Source: Candidatus Korarchaeum cryptofilum OPF8 (GTDB lineage Archaea > Korarchaeota > Korarchaeia > Korarchaeales > Korarchaeaceae). Taken from it: DNA of 32,000 bases. Of the stretch, positions 23,537 to 32,000 are shown in pieces. The notes under the pieces were generated by a model. It saw nothing but the letters and a program-made list of their open reading frames with translations, did no database searches and was not told where the DNA came from. The stretch spans positions 630,001 through 662,000 of the forward strand of contig NC_010482.1 in NCBI RefSeq assembly GCF_000019605.1, written 5' to 3'. The translations under genes were made by a program, and so were the position numbers. Positions within the stretch are counted from its first letter, which is position 1; every line of letters starts with the position of its first letter.

Positions 23537-24931
23537 GTGTTGAAGCGAGTGAGCGAATCCAGAGTAAGCGAGTACAGGGAGGAGATAGTCAACGGCCCGA
23601 TAGTGAGGACATTCTTCAGGCTCGGGATCCCTCCCCTCATAAATCAGCTGATAGCAGTAGCATACAACGTTCTAGATGCCCTATGGCTCAGCATCTACAA
23701 TGACTTAGCCGTATCCGTCCCCAGGCAGGTCTGGCCCGTGATATTCCTCTTCAACGCCCCCATGCAAGCTCTCACAACGGTTGGCATGAGCACGATCTCA
23801 CAGTACATAGGGATGAAGGATTACAGAGAGGCTGAGATCTCTGCATCCAAGCTACTCACAATGGCCTCCTCCCTCGGTATATTCCTCTCAATTTCCTTAT
23901 TCTCGCTGAGATCGTTCATATTCTCCCAAGTCATAGGGACGCCGGAGGAGATAGCGGGCTGGGTGATGGATTATTCAGCTATAATGTCAGTGAACATACT
24001 CCTCAATTACATCGTCTTCTCCTACAATACCGTTCTGCAGGCGATAGGGGATACTAAGAGACCAGCGATAATAAATGCTTTCGCTGTATCAGTCAACACA
24101 GTATTGGATCCTTTCCTCGTGCTGGGAATACCTCCTTTCCCGAGGACGGGAGTCATAGGAGCTGCTCTAACCGATGTCCTAGGTTCCATTATCTCCTTAG
24201 TCTTGCTCAGCTCGCTCCTTAGGAAGTATGAGCTGAGGATGGGATTCACTAGCTTGGGATGGGATTGGATAAAACTCAGCATTAAGATAGGGTTTCCAGT
24301 CTTCATAATGGCCTCTATGAATAGCTTAGCTTTCATAGCGCAGCTGAGGCTCGTGAACGCTTTCAGTATAGTAGCTGTGACCGCGTACTCCATAGGCTTC
24401 GTGGTAGCTGATATAGCTGACGCAGCTCTCTTCGGTCTCGTCAGCGCATCCTCAATAATGATAGGGCAGAATCTAGGGGCCGGGAATCTGAATAGGGCTA
24501 AGGAGATATCTCTGAAGGCAGCCGCATCTGTCTTCTCCTTACTAGTCCTGGGGATCCTCCTCGTTTACCCCCTCAGGATCGGGATAGTGAGGGCTTTCAC
24601 TGAGGATGCGAGCATAATCGGGGAGACGGATAAATTCCTGCAATACCTCCTCCCGACTCTCCCATTCTTCGGCCTCTTCATGATCGGGATGTCGGCTGGC
24701 AGGGGATCGGGCAGGACACTCACTCCCACGATAATAGGAATATTCAGGCTCTGGGTCGTGAGGATAGGGCTGGGCTACTTTCTGTCCCTCTCCATGGGCG
24801 TAATGGGTATATGGATCTCCATCTCACTGAGCAATCTACTCGCAGGAGTTGCAGCTCTCATCTGGCTGATCTACGGGAATTGGAACAGGCCAGTCATAAG
24901 GAGAGGAGAATTTGAGGTATCAACCACATGA
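23537..24931 (+). CDS. MATE-family efflux transporter
   Basis: About 12 TM helices, N-terminal IVRTFFRLGIPPLINQLI, and an internal duplication typical of MATE/NorM-DinF proteins. Confidence 0.8.
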   Translation: MLKRVSESRVSEYREEIVNGPIVRTFFRLGIPPLINQLIAVAYNVLDALWLSIYNDLAVSVPRQVWPVIFLFNAPMQALTTVGMSTISQYIGMKDYREAEISASKLLTMASSLGIFLSISLFSLRSFIFSQVIGTPEEIAGWVMDYSAIMSVNILLNYIVFSYNTVLQAIGDTKRPAIINAFAVSVNTVLDPFLVLGIPPFPRTGVIGAALTDVLGSIISLVLLSSLLRKYELRMGFTSLGWDWIKLSIKIGFPVFIMASMNSLAFIAQLRLVNAFSIVAVTAYSIGFVVADIADAALFGLVSASSIMIGQNLGAGNLNRAKEISLKAAASVFSLLVLGILLVYPLRIGIVRAFTEDASIIGETDKFLQYLLPTLPFFGLFMIGMSAGRGSGRTLTPTIIGIFRLWVVRIGLGYFLSLSMGVMGIWISISLSNLLAGVAALIWLIYGNWNRPVIRRGEFEVSTT

Positions 24932-25655
24932 ATATAGGTATAGTTAAGCCGGGAAGGGGCCTCCTGGATCTCCTGAGTAGTATCAATGTCAGTAAAATCC
25001 CGAGGTTCAGGGAGAAGACAGGTATTAAAGCTAGGGAGCGTAGGGATCTGAAGGAAGTGGCGGAGGCCATGGAGTAGCAGAAGACATCCCCGAGCCCCAT
25101 GCTCACCCCTCCCTGGAAGAGGGACAGGGGGCCCAGCAGATCCTCTGAAGCGGAGAAGAGCTTGCTCAGGGGACCTTTGAAGACCGAATAAGCATCGTAT
25201 ATCGAGAGGAATGCCAGTAGGAAGTAAACGAAGGTATCGTTGAAGAAGTATATGAATAGGAAGGCCATTGAGGCTGCTAGGAAGGACTTAGCTAAGTTGC
25301 CTATCAAATCCGTCCTGAAGCTCAGAAAAGCTAATATTATCGAGAGGGCTATTTCTAGAATAGGGTTTACCTGAGTATAAGCGCTGATAAGGGTATCCAG
25401 AGATAGGAAGGCCGAGTAAACGAGGAATATGAATATTATGGATTTTATCGCGAGCCCCTTCCCCTTCCTCATGAGGTAGACCATGAGGGAAGCGAAAGCC
25501 AGCACTATAGCTACGTATAATATTGAGAGGCTGAAGGATTCGCTGGCCTCGAGCTCAACCACAGGCGAGGGCCTGATGCTCAGGACGACGGCTACAGCGA
25601 ATAATTGGGATATCAGAGGCCATATTAGGACGGATAACGATTTTTCCTCCGGCAT
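24894..25655 (-). CDS. Presenilin/signal-peptide-peptidase-like intramembrane aspartyl protease (archaeal PSH, A22 family)
   Basis: Polytopic, with SIYDAYSVF (YD), MGLGDVF (GxGD) and PLPGL (PAL-like) in the canonical order and spacing. Confidence 0.7.
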   Translation of the reverse strand: MPEEKSLSVLIWPLISQLFAVAVVLSIRPSPVVELEASESFSLSILYVAIVLAFASLMVYLMRKGKGLAIKSIIFIFLVYSAFLSLDTLISAYTQVNPILEIALSIILAFLSFRTDLIGNLAKSFLAASMAFLFIYFFNDTFVYFLLAFLSIYDAYSVFKGPLSKLFSASEDLLGPLSLFQGGVSMGLGDVFCYSMASATSFRSLRSLALIPVFSLNLGILLTLILLRRSRRPLPGLTIPIFMWLIPQILLSL

Positions 25656-25801
25656 TCAATCTCGGAGTGCGTGATCGAATAAAAAGATTTTGATGCGGTG
25701 ACAGTTTCAGGAATTGCTCTAGAGATGAAATTTGTGTTGGGAAGCGCTCAGGAGTGACCAATTCACTTAAATAATGGTAACGAAATCTATTATGGGGAAA
25801 A

Positions 25802-26797
25802 ATGGTAGCGATAGAGGTCGAGGGATTGGAGAAGAGATACGTGACTTACTTGAGGAGGGGGCTCAGGAGGGAGAGGAGCGTAATCCACGCCCTCAGGGGA
25901 ATATCCTTCTCAGTGATGAAAGGCGAGGTGTTCGGATTGCTAGGGCCAAACGGTGCCGGTAAGACCACTACTGTCAAGATACTGAGCACACTCCTGCTTC
26001 CCGATTCCGGTAAGGCGTTCCTGCTGGGATACGATGTAGTGAAGGAGCCCGAGGAGGTGAGAAAGAGGATAGGCGTCTCCCTATCCGTCGAGAGGGGATT
26101 CTTCTGGAAGCTGACGGGCAGGGAGAACTTGATTTATTTCGGGATGCTCTACGGCCTCGATGGGAATGAGCTGAGGGAGAGGGTGAACTATTTACTGAAG
26201 CTAGTCGGCTTGGATGAGCTTAACTCCTCCGATAAACTTTATGAGGAATATTCAACTGGGATGAAGGCGAGGCTGAGCATAGCTAGGGCCCTCTTGATAG
26301 ATCCAGATGTCCTAATACTTGATGAACCGACTTTAGGGCTCGATCCGGCCTCATCTAGGATGATAAGGGAGCTCTTGATAAGGCTGGCTCATGATGAGGG
26401 GAAGACAGTGCTCATAACTACTCATAATATGTTCGAAGCTGAGATAGTCTGCGATAGAGTTGCTATAATAAATGATGGGAGGATAATAGCCATAGATACG
26501 ATCGATAACCTCAAGGGGATAGTTGGAGGGGATCTGAGCATAGAGCTATCGATCCTGCCGAGCGCCAGGATATCGTTGGATAATTTGAGGCCCCACTTCT
26601 CAGATCTCAATGCCGAGCTCACGCTGAATGGTGATGATATCAAGCTCAAGGTACTGACTAAGCCCAGCGAGAGGGATGAAGTGACTCAGGAACTCTTGTT
26701 GAGATTGCAGAAGCTCGGATGCAGCGTGAAGCGAGTCGAGGTGAGGGAGCCCAATTTGGAGGACGTATTCATAGAGTTAACGAGGGGGAGATCATGA
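25802..26797 (+). CDS. ABC transporter ATP-binding protein (ABC-2/DrrA-like)
   Basis: Walker A GPNGAGKTT, signature YSTGMKARL, Walker B LILDEPTLGLD, H-loop TTHNM, plus a C-terminal accessory domain. Confidence 0.9.
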   Translation: MVAIEVEGLEKRYVTYLRRGLRRERSVIHALRGISFSVMKGEVFGLLGPNGAGKTTTVKILSTLLLPDSGKAFLLGYDVVKEPEEVRKRIGVSLSVERGFFWKLTGRENLIYFGMLYGLDGNELRERVNYLLKLVGLDELNSSDKLYEEYSTGMKARLSIARALLIDPDVLILDEPTLGLDPASSRMIRELLIRLAHDEGKTVLITTHNMFEAEIVCDRVAIINDGRIIAIDTIDNLKGIVGGDLSIELSILPSARISLDNLRPHFSDLNAELTLNGDDIKLKVLTKPSERDEVTQELLLRLQKLGCSVKRVEVREPNLEDVFIELTRGRS

Positions 26798-27603
26798 GCC
26801 TCGCCTCTCTATTCAAATCCGGTGTGTTCCTGGATCTCTACTTCGTCAAGAATAATAGGGCCAACTTGATATCCTTCCTCCTCTGGCCCTACTTGATGCT
26901 GATCCTCATGTTAGGCGCCGGCCTCCTCTTCGGATCGACTCAATCATTCAGATCGAACGTGGGGGATGTCGATCCAATCGTCTTCTTCGTCTCATCCACT
27001 CTAATAGCTTCAGCCTCCCTCTCAGTCATGTGGGATGTCGGAGGGGCTGTCCTATTCCACAGGTGGGCCGGGACACTCCCTTACGTATTACTGGCCCCCT
27101 ACAGGACTTCAATAATATTGGTGATGGCTTACATCCCCAGATACATCCTCTGGAGCTTCATCCAGCTAGCTGAGTTCATCCCACCTCTCATTATTAGGAA
27201 GGGGATTTACGCCCTAATAATAGATCTCCCGATCCTCTCCATATCTCTAATCGTGGGGATGCTCCCCCTACTAGGTTTCTCAGCGATATTCGCCTCGATA
27301 CTCTTGATAACGAAGGAGGAGAGCAATATACTGAGCTGGCTCAACCCAATAATATTAATACTCTCCGGAGCTTTCTACCCCTCTTACCTCTTCCCCCTGT
27401 GGGCTAAGATAATATCTCAGGCCCTCCCGACGACCCACACATTCGAATTGGCTAGATTGAGCGCCTTAATGTCAGCTCCCGGTGTGAGGGAGGTCATACT
27501 GATAATAGGCATATTGCTGGGCATGAGCGTCCTCTACAACGCTCTATCATACACTATGCTCGGTAAGGCTGAGGAGAGAGCTTTGGGGAGTGGATCTATA
27601 TGA
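26794..27603 (+). CDS. ABC-2 type transporter permease
   Basis: Six-TM hydrophobic protein. ATG 26794 overlaps the ATPase stop (ATGA). The track start 26719 lies inside the ATPase gene. Confidence 0.75.
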   Translation: MSLASLFKSGVFLDLYFVKNNRANLISFLLWPYLMLILMLGAGLLFGSTQSFRSNVGDVDPIVFFVSSTLIASASLSVMWDVGGAVLFHRWAGTLPYVLLAPYRTSIILVMAYIPRYILWSFIQLAEFIPPLIIRKGIYALIIDLPILSISLIVGMLPLLGFSAIFASILLITKEESNILSWLNPIILILSGAFYPSYLFPLWAKIISQALPTTHTFELARLSALMSAPGVREVILIIGILLGMSVLYNALSYTMLGKAEERALGSGSI

Positions 27604-28376
27604 TTAAAGCTATAATCTGGCTTCACGTCCTCAGGCTCTGGAGGCTGAGGTACAGCTTCCTTAACATGGTCGTATCCAATGCGATGTGGGTGCTCTTACT
27701 CATACTCGGGGTGCTCCTCTTCGTCCCGAGATCTCAGCTGCCCTACGCCCTCAAATCGGCTTACTGGACGATAGCCTGCTGGAGCGTGATATCTAGCTTC
27801 TCCTCCATAGTCGGGGGCTGGACGAACTTCTTCATATCCCTTGGGATGGTGGAGGAGCACATGCTCAGGGGAATCTCCCCGTTCCTAGTCATAAGCGGGA
27901 GGCTCGTCGTAGCCTCTCTAGTGTCTATAACTACCATTATATTCATGGGTCTCCTCGTTCAATCCCTCTTCTCAGTACCCCTATTCGATATCAGGCCCGA
28001 TATAGCTCTCATCAGCCTCATGATAGTCTCGATGGAGAGCCTACTTTACAGCCTCCTCATATCAGCTATCTCGATGAGATCGAGCATCTCCGAGCAGTTC
28101 CTCGAGATAATGAACTTCGCCGTCATAGGGATCTTGATAGTGCCTATTTCAGTTATACCCGAGGGGCTGAGGGTCCTCTACCTCTCCATACCCTACGTGG
28201 CTCCAGCTTATATGCTCAAAGTAGCTTCTGGATCAGAGATTTCCAGTTTATTTATTATAGCAGCAGTTATCTCGATAATAGAGACTATAGCCCTCCTCCT
28301 CATAGCTCTCCTGGCAGTAAAAGCCGCTGAATCCCATATAAGGAGGAACGGGACGAGAGCTATAGGGTTCTACTGA
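27600..28376 (+). CDS. ABC-2 type transporter permease (second, divergent copy)
   Basis: Six-TM hydrophobic protein with an ATGA start/stop overlap with the preceding permease. Confidence 0.7.
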   Translation: MIKAIIWLHVLRLWRLRYSFLNMVVSNAMWVLLLILGVLLFVPRSQLPYALKSAYWTIACWSVISSFSSIVGGWTNFFISLGMVEEHMLRGISPFLVISGRLVVASLVSITTIIFMGLLVQSLFSVPLFDIRPDIALISLMIVSMESLLYSLLISAISMRSSISEQFLEIMNFAVIGILIVPISVIPEGLRVLYLSIPYVAPAYMLKVASGSEISSLFIIAAVISIIETIALLLIALLAVKAAESHIRRNGTRAIGFY

Positions 28377-28384
28377 CATCCAAA

Positions 28385-28397
28385 CTTTTTAATAATT
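28385..28397 (+). promoter_or_regulatory. TATA box (ctttttaataatt) for the inositol-phosphate synthase gene
   Basis: Its centre is 25 nt upstream of ATG 28416, implying a leaderless transcript. Confidence 0.5.
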
Positions 28398-28415
28398 CAT
28401 CGAGCTCCATCCCTT

Positions 28416-29471
28416 ATGTCGAGGATAAGGGTCGCTTTCATAGGCATAGGCAACAGCGTATCAGCCACGATACAGGGGATTCACTATTACTCCTCGAATC
28501 CAGATAGCGATGGGCTCTGGCATCCTGTCGTCGGGGGCTTCAAGGTCGATGATCTGGAGATAGTTGCCGCTCTAGATATAGACTCGAGGAAAGTGGGGAA
28601 GGACCTCTCTGAAGCGATATATTCGGAGCCCAATACCGTCGGGAGGAGGTTCGATGTCCCTAAGATGGGCGTGATCGTCGAGAGGGGGATACTGAAGGAT
28701 GAGCTGAATCCCCATATGGCCTCCGTCCTCAAGCTAGAGCTCGGGAGGGATGATGATGCCCTAGATACCCTCAGGGAGAGCAGGCCCGATGTAGTTGTGA
28801 ACGCAATATCCAGCGGATTGGATAAGACATCCTCAGCTTACGCATCCATATCGGGGGAAGCCGGAGCTTCTTTCATAAACTTAACCCCATCGCCCGTGGC
28901 TACGGATCCGGAGATGGAGAGGAAGTTCGCTGAGAGGGGGCTAATATTAGCTGGAGACGATTTGATGAGCCAGATGGGCGGAACTATATTCCACAAGGGG
29001 CTGGCCAGCTTCCTGAGGCTCAGGGGGGTCAAGCCGAGGAAGAGCTATCAGCTGGATGTGGGAGGGGGGCTCGAGACCATAAACACCATGTACGAGGAGC
29101 TGAGGATGTACAAGAGGAAAGTTAAGTCCTCAGCAATAGCGGCTGAATTCGAGGAGGGTTGGGAGATAATAGCGGGGACGAGCGATTACGTCGACTTCCT
29201 GGGGAACGATAGGGTCATACACCTCCACTTCATAGGGACCGGATTCATGGGGAGCGAGATAATGATAGAAGCCCATATGAGGGTGAACGATGGTATGAAC
29301 GCTGGGAATATCATACTGGATGTGATAAGAGCTGCCCATAGGGCTAGATTGGATGGGATGAGCGGTTACGTGGATGAGATATGTAATTACGGGTTCAAGA
29401 GGACGAGGAAGTGGAAGAGCGTGCTGGAAGCTACGCTAGCTTTCGAGAGTGCTTACTGCAGATCCAAATGA
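28416..29471 (+). CDS. ino1: myo-Inositol-1-phosphate (inositol-3-phosphate) synthase
   Basis: IRVAFIGIGNSVSATIQGIHYY parallels the (V/I)RVAIVGVGNCASSLVQG(I/V)EYY N-terminus of prokaryotic MIPS. Size and the later LDVGGGLET region are also consistent. Confidence 0.8.
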   Translation: MSRIRVAFIGIGNSVSATIQGIHYYSSNPDSDGLWHPVVGGFKVDDLEIVAALDIDSRKVGKDLSEAIYSEPNTVGRRFDVPKMGVIVERGILKDELNPHMASVLKLELGRDDDALDTLRESRPDVVVNAISSGLDKTSSAYASISGEAGASFINLTPSPVATDPEMERKFAERGLILAGDDLMSQMGGTIFHKGLASFLRLRGVKPRKSYQLDVGGGLETINTMYEELRMYKRKVKSSAIAAEFEEGWEIIAGTSDYVDFLGNDRVIHLHFIGTGFMGSEIMIEAHMRVNDGMNAGNIILDVIRAAHRARLDGMSGYVDEICNYGFKRTRKWKSVLEATLAFESAYCRSK

Positions 29472-29542
29472 AAGGTTCAATGAAATTCGAATCTTTCAGT
29501 TGGGCTTTATTACCCCGAACCGGGGGATAATTCGGTGGGCTC

Positions 29543-30781
29543 ATGAGAGCTGCGCTAGCTTTGATATTGATACTCCTCCCCCTATCCCTCTCCCTAGCCT
29601 GCCCCCCCAATGCTGGCTACGTCGGGGCTATCTATAAGCAGGGGAGCGATTTGAATAGTCTAATGGAGTTCCTAAAGGCGAGCGGAATAGCTAGCTCGAT
29701 GGAGGTCGGTTCCTTCAACTTCTCCCCCTACAGTAATTTCAGCTATCCCTCTATATACATAAGCATAGGGAGTTACGAGGAGGGAGGTAGCATAAAAGCT
29801 TACGTATTCCCCGGGAATTCCTACACTCTCCTGATGGTGGAGACCGATACTAATCTGAGTGAGGCCCCCCTCGTATACGCTGAATCCCTCCTCTCCGGGT
29901 ACCTGAACCCCGAGCTGATAGTGAACGTATCCTCTAGCCCCAACAACTGGGTACCCCCGGTCCCGTTGGCTGAGTGGAGCAAGCTCGAGAAGGGGGAGGA
30001 GCTCAAGATAAGCGTTTATAAGTGCGGGTTCATTTACTCCAAGCTGAGGAGACCTCAGATAGAGAAAGTCGGAGTCGTAGCTAATGATATAGATTACTCC
30101 CTGTCCTTCGATATGATAAGGGATGCCTTTGAGAGGAGGGGAGTCGGAGTCGACTACTTAGGGAGCGGGGCGAGGGCTCTGATAGCGGCCCAGAAGTACA
30201 GGGCCGTCATAATACTCGGAGGTCCTAAGGCGCCTATCGTGGGGAGAGGGGTCATCCCGATAATGGGTGAGGAGAGGAAGGAGCTAGGGGAGAGGGGATG
30301 GGTCATAGTGACGAGGCCCTGGGGAACTGGAATTGCGGTAGTCATAGCTGGAGCTGATAGGTACTTGACCAAGGAGGCCGTGAAGAAGTTCCTATCGAGC
30401 GAGCTCTTCGATCAAGTGGTTAAGGTGGTGAAGGAGGGGAGGGAGATGAAGAGCATCTCAGAGAAGAAGGGCTTAGTTGAGCTGGTATCCTCCTCCGGGA
30501 GATGCGGTTATCAGGAGGGCCCCAGCCTGAGCGTGAACGTCAGGGGGAGCTATGCTTACGCTAACTACAGCCTGGGGCACGCTAATCCCTGCGCTAAGTT
30601 CGTCCTGAGGGGATACAAGATGGAGGGTAACAGGATAACGATCGAGCTGAGCACGGAGGAGACCGCTGAGATATGCGTCCAATGCATCGGAGTGATATAC
30701 GCCAACCTCGTCATAGGGCCCCTGCCCCCTGGAAGCTATGAATTATGCATAGGAGGGTTGTGCGTACCATTCAGGGTCTAA
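29543..30781 (+). CDS. Secreted/lipobox-like hypothetical protein with a central Rossmann-like module and a Cys-rich beta C-terminal domain
   Basis: Signal peptide MRAALALILILLPLSLSLAC. The central IILGGPKAP...VIAGADRYLTKEAV is reminiscent of cell-wall-binding-repeat-2-type modules. The C-terminal roughly 100 aa carry 6 Cys. Confidence 0.5.
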   Translation: MRAALALILILLPLSLSLACPPNAGYVGAIYKQGSDLNSLMEFLKASGIASSMEVGSFNFSPYSNFSYPSIYISIGSYEEGGSIKAYVFPGNSYTLLMVETDTNLSEAPLVYAESLLSGYLNPELIVNVSSSPNNWVPPVPLAEWSKLEKGEELKISVYKCGFIYSKLRRPQIEKVGVVANDIDYSLSFDMIRDAFERRGVGVDYLGSGARALIAAQKYRAVIILGGPKAPIVGRGVIPIMGEERKELGERGWVIVTRPWGTGIAVVIAGADRYLTKEAVKKFLSSELFDQVVKVVKEGREMKSISEKKGLVELVSSSGRCGYQEGPSLSVNVRGSYAYANYSLGHANPCAKFVLRGYKMEGNRITIELSTEETAEICVQCIGVIYANLVIGPLPPGSYELCIGGLCVPFRV

Positions 30782-30782
30782 T

Positions 30783-31577
30783 CTACTCAATTTTTTCGTA
30801 AATATATATTATAGGTGAAATTATTGATGAAATTGACGTGAGGATATAGAGGACTAGGATCACGTGGAGGGGCATCAGAGTACCGGTGTGGAAAGCTAGC
30901 GTGAGGTAGAGGAAGGATGCGTAGAGGGCTGCAGTTGGTACCACTATGTATGGATTCGCCAAAACACCTAGATACTTGCGAGCCACCCCCTCATCTAGCT
31001 CCCTCAGTACGAGGAACTGCACAGCTATCGAGAAAAGAGGGGCTAGGAGGAACAGGGGAAGGAATAAGTTCGTCGATAGATCCCTCAATTCATTTTCCAG
31101 CGCTGAGATATTTGTTTTATCTTTCTCTATAGCTTTCTCTATCCTGCCTATAGTGTCCAGAGTATCCTGAACTGCATAAGCGAGCTCCTCCTCGTAGAAG
31201 CCCTTGAGGGTGTACCTGTAGGGCATCCCCACTATCTCCGAGACTACCCTGCTGTCCTCGAGCTTGAATCTGATCTGACCGAAGTTCTCCAGATCGTATG
31301 TGAAGTTCAGGTCCTTGAGATCTCCCCTCCATATCTCATTACCCGCGAAGGATATCCTAATGGATTCCCCCTCCCTGGAGTAGCTGAAGAGCCTCAGGAC
31401 TAGAGGGGCTATGGCTTCCCTCCTCAGGTCGGCCTTTATGCTCAGATAGTTTATCTCGTTCCTCAGTACATCTATCTTCTTTGATGTCTCCCAGATGCGC
31501 TCCATCTCGAAGAAATAAGATCCGAACGCAGTGTATATTGCTATTATGGACAGGAGGAGTATTATGAGTCCCTTCAT
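30783..31577 (-). CDS. Hypothetical membrane protein (N-terminal anchor, soluble coiled-coil-containing domain, 3 C-terminal TM helices)
   Basis: Long ORF with coding-like composition. Its ATG overlaps the stop of the upstream DUF763 gene (ATGA). Confidence 0.5.
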   Translation of the reverse strand: MKGLIILLLSIIAIYTAFGSYFFEMERIWETSKKIDVLRNEINYLSIKADLRREAIAPLVLRLFSYSREGESIRISFAGNEIWRGDLKDLNFTYDLENFGQIRFKLEDSRVVSEIVGMPYRYTLKGFYEEELAYAVQDTLDTIGRIEKAIEKDKTNISALENELRDLSTNLFLPLFLLAPLFSIAVQFLVLRELDEGVARKYLGVLANPYIVVPTAALYASFLYLTLAFHTGTLMPLHVILVLYILTSISSIISPIIYIYEKIE

Positions 31578-32000
31578 CTCGATCCACCCGAGAGCCTGAG
31601 AAGGGCTTCCCTCTTCTCATAATCAGATAGCCTGGATTGAATTATCCCGGAGCGGAGGACCTCTACAGCTCTATCCATGAGCTTGGGCCTCACTGGGAAG
31701 GGGACCCCGTCCTTGCCCCCGAATGCGAAGCTGTACCTAGCTGGATCCCTCCTGCTAGCTGGGGCATCGTAAATCACCTCAGCTACTAGGGAGAGGGCCC
31801 TGAGTAAGGAGGGCCCTATGCCCCTTATCAGCAGGAGCTCCTCATAATCCCTCGGATCCATCTGATTAGCTACCTCAACGGCCTTCCAGTCTATCCTGAG
31901 GGGCATCTTGAGGTACCTCACGCCCAAATAGGGGCTCAGAGGTCCTGCCCTCATCTCCTCGATGAGGCCCTCAAGCTTGGATCTGCCCTCCCTTATCAAG
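31574..32000 (-). CDS. DUF763-family protein, C-terminal part (gene continues beyond the window end)
   Basis: HhH-like LLLIRGIGPSLLRALSLVAEVIY and FAFGGKDGVPFPV are typical of DUF763. The open frame runs to the window edge, and the track's M is a TTG artefact. Confidence 0.6.
   Translation of the reverse strand, partial: LIREGRSKLEGLIEEMRAGPLSPYLGVRYLKMPLRIDWKAVEVANQMDPRDYEELLLIRGIGPSLLRALSLVAEVIYDAPASRRDPARYSFAFGGKDGVPFPVRPKLMDRAVEVLRSGIIQSRLSDYEKREALLRLSGGSR

Noticed and set aside
29472-29542. Small hairpin ccccg-aac-cgggg (extended ttaccccg/cggggGAtaa) after the inositol-phosphate synthase gene as a terminator or riboswitch.
   Set aside because: It has a short imperfect stem and no adjoining T-tract. 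Archaeal terminators do not require hairpins, so the evidence is insufficient.
1-32000. tRNA, rRNA or other GC-rich structured RNA genes in the intergenic gaps.
   Set aside because: All gaps longer than 100 bp (2226-2512, 3458-3842, 8630-9064, 18914-19181, 25656-25801) are A/T-rich. They lack cloverleaf-like GC-rich stems. This was judged by eye only, and tRNAscan or Infernal would be decisive.

Overview
Archaeal chromosome segment. Evidence for archaeal origin: A/T-rich TATA elements sit about 25 nt upstream of mostly leaderless start codons, Arg and Ile codons are mainly AGG/AGA/ATA, and several families are archaea-typical (Arch_ATPase/DUF234, presenilin homologue, DUF763). The organism cannot be assigned from sequence alone. 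I support about 37 protein genes. I saw no rRNA, tRNA or CRISPR array.

Layout:
(a) 1-10.2 kb is an accessory, defence-island-like block with heavy gene decay. It holds a frameshifted HEPN-like gene, a 5'-truncated COG1373 ATPase, a coiled-coil plus DUF3782/nuclease-like gene pair, an aldo/keto reductase, a minimal AbiEii-AbiEi pair in inverted order, two tandem Arch_ATPase/DUF234 (P-loop plus PD-(D/E)XK-like) paralogues downstream of a SAM methyltransferase, a frameshifted orphan AbiEi-like wHTH gene, and a degenerate metallophosphoesterase.
(b) 10.2-32 kb is mostly housekeeping. It holds an SDR epimerase, an AIM24-family gene, a DUF457 hydrolase, the kbl-tdh operon, an SDR/membrane/DUF429 operon, an Lrp-type regulator with a Cys-rich tail divergent from a DGC-domain protein, a seven-blade SBBP beta-propeller membrane protein, a TRASH-like zinc finger, ilvB-ilvN-ilvC, a thioredoxin-CcdA fusion, a MATE exporter, a presenilin-like protease, an ABC-2 exporter (ATPase plus two permeases), inositol-3-phosphate synthase, a secreted Cys-rich protein, and a DUF763/membrane-protein pair.

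Best candidates for undescribed biology:
- the methyltransferase plus double ATPase-nuclease block, with a 54-bp palindrome at its internal promoter;
- the inverted AbiEii-AbiEi pair and the coiled-coil/DUF3782 pair, each with a palindrome over its TATA box;
- the Lrp-Cys-motif/DGC divergent pair, driven by one symmetric TATA box flanked by a perfect inverted repeat.

All family assignments are motif recognition by eye. No searches were run.
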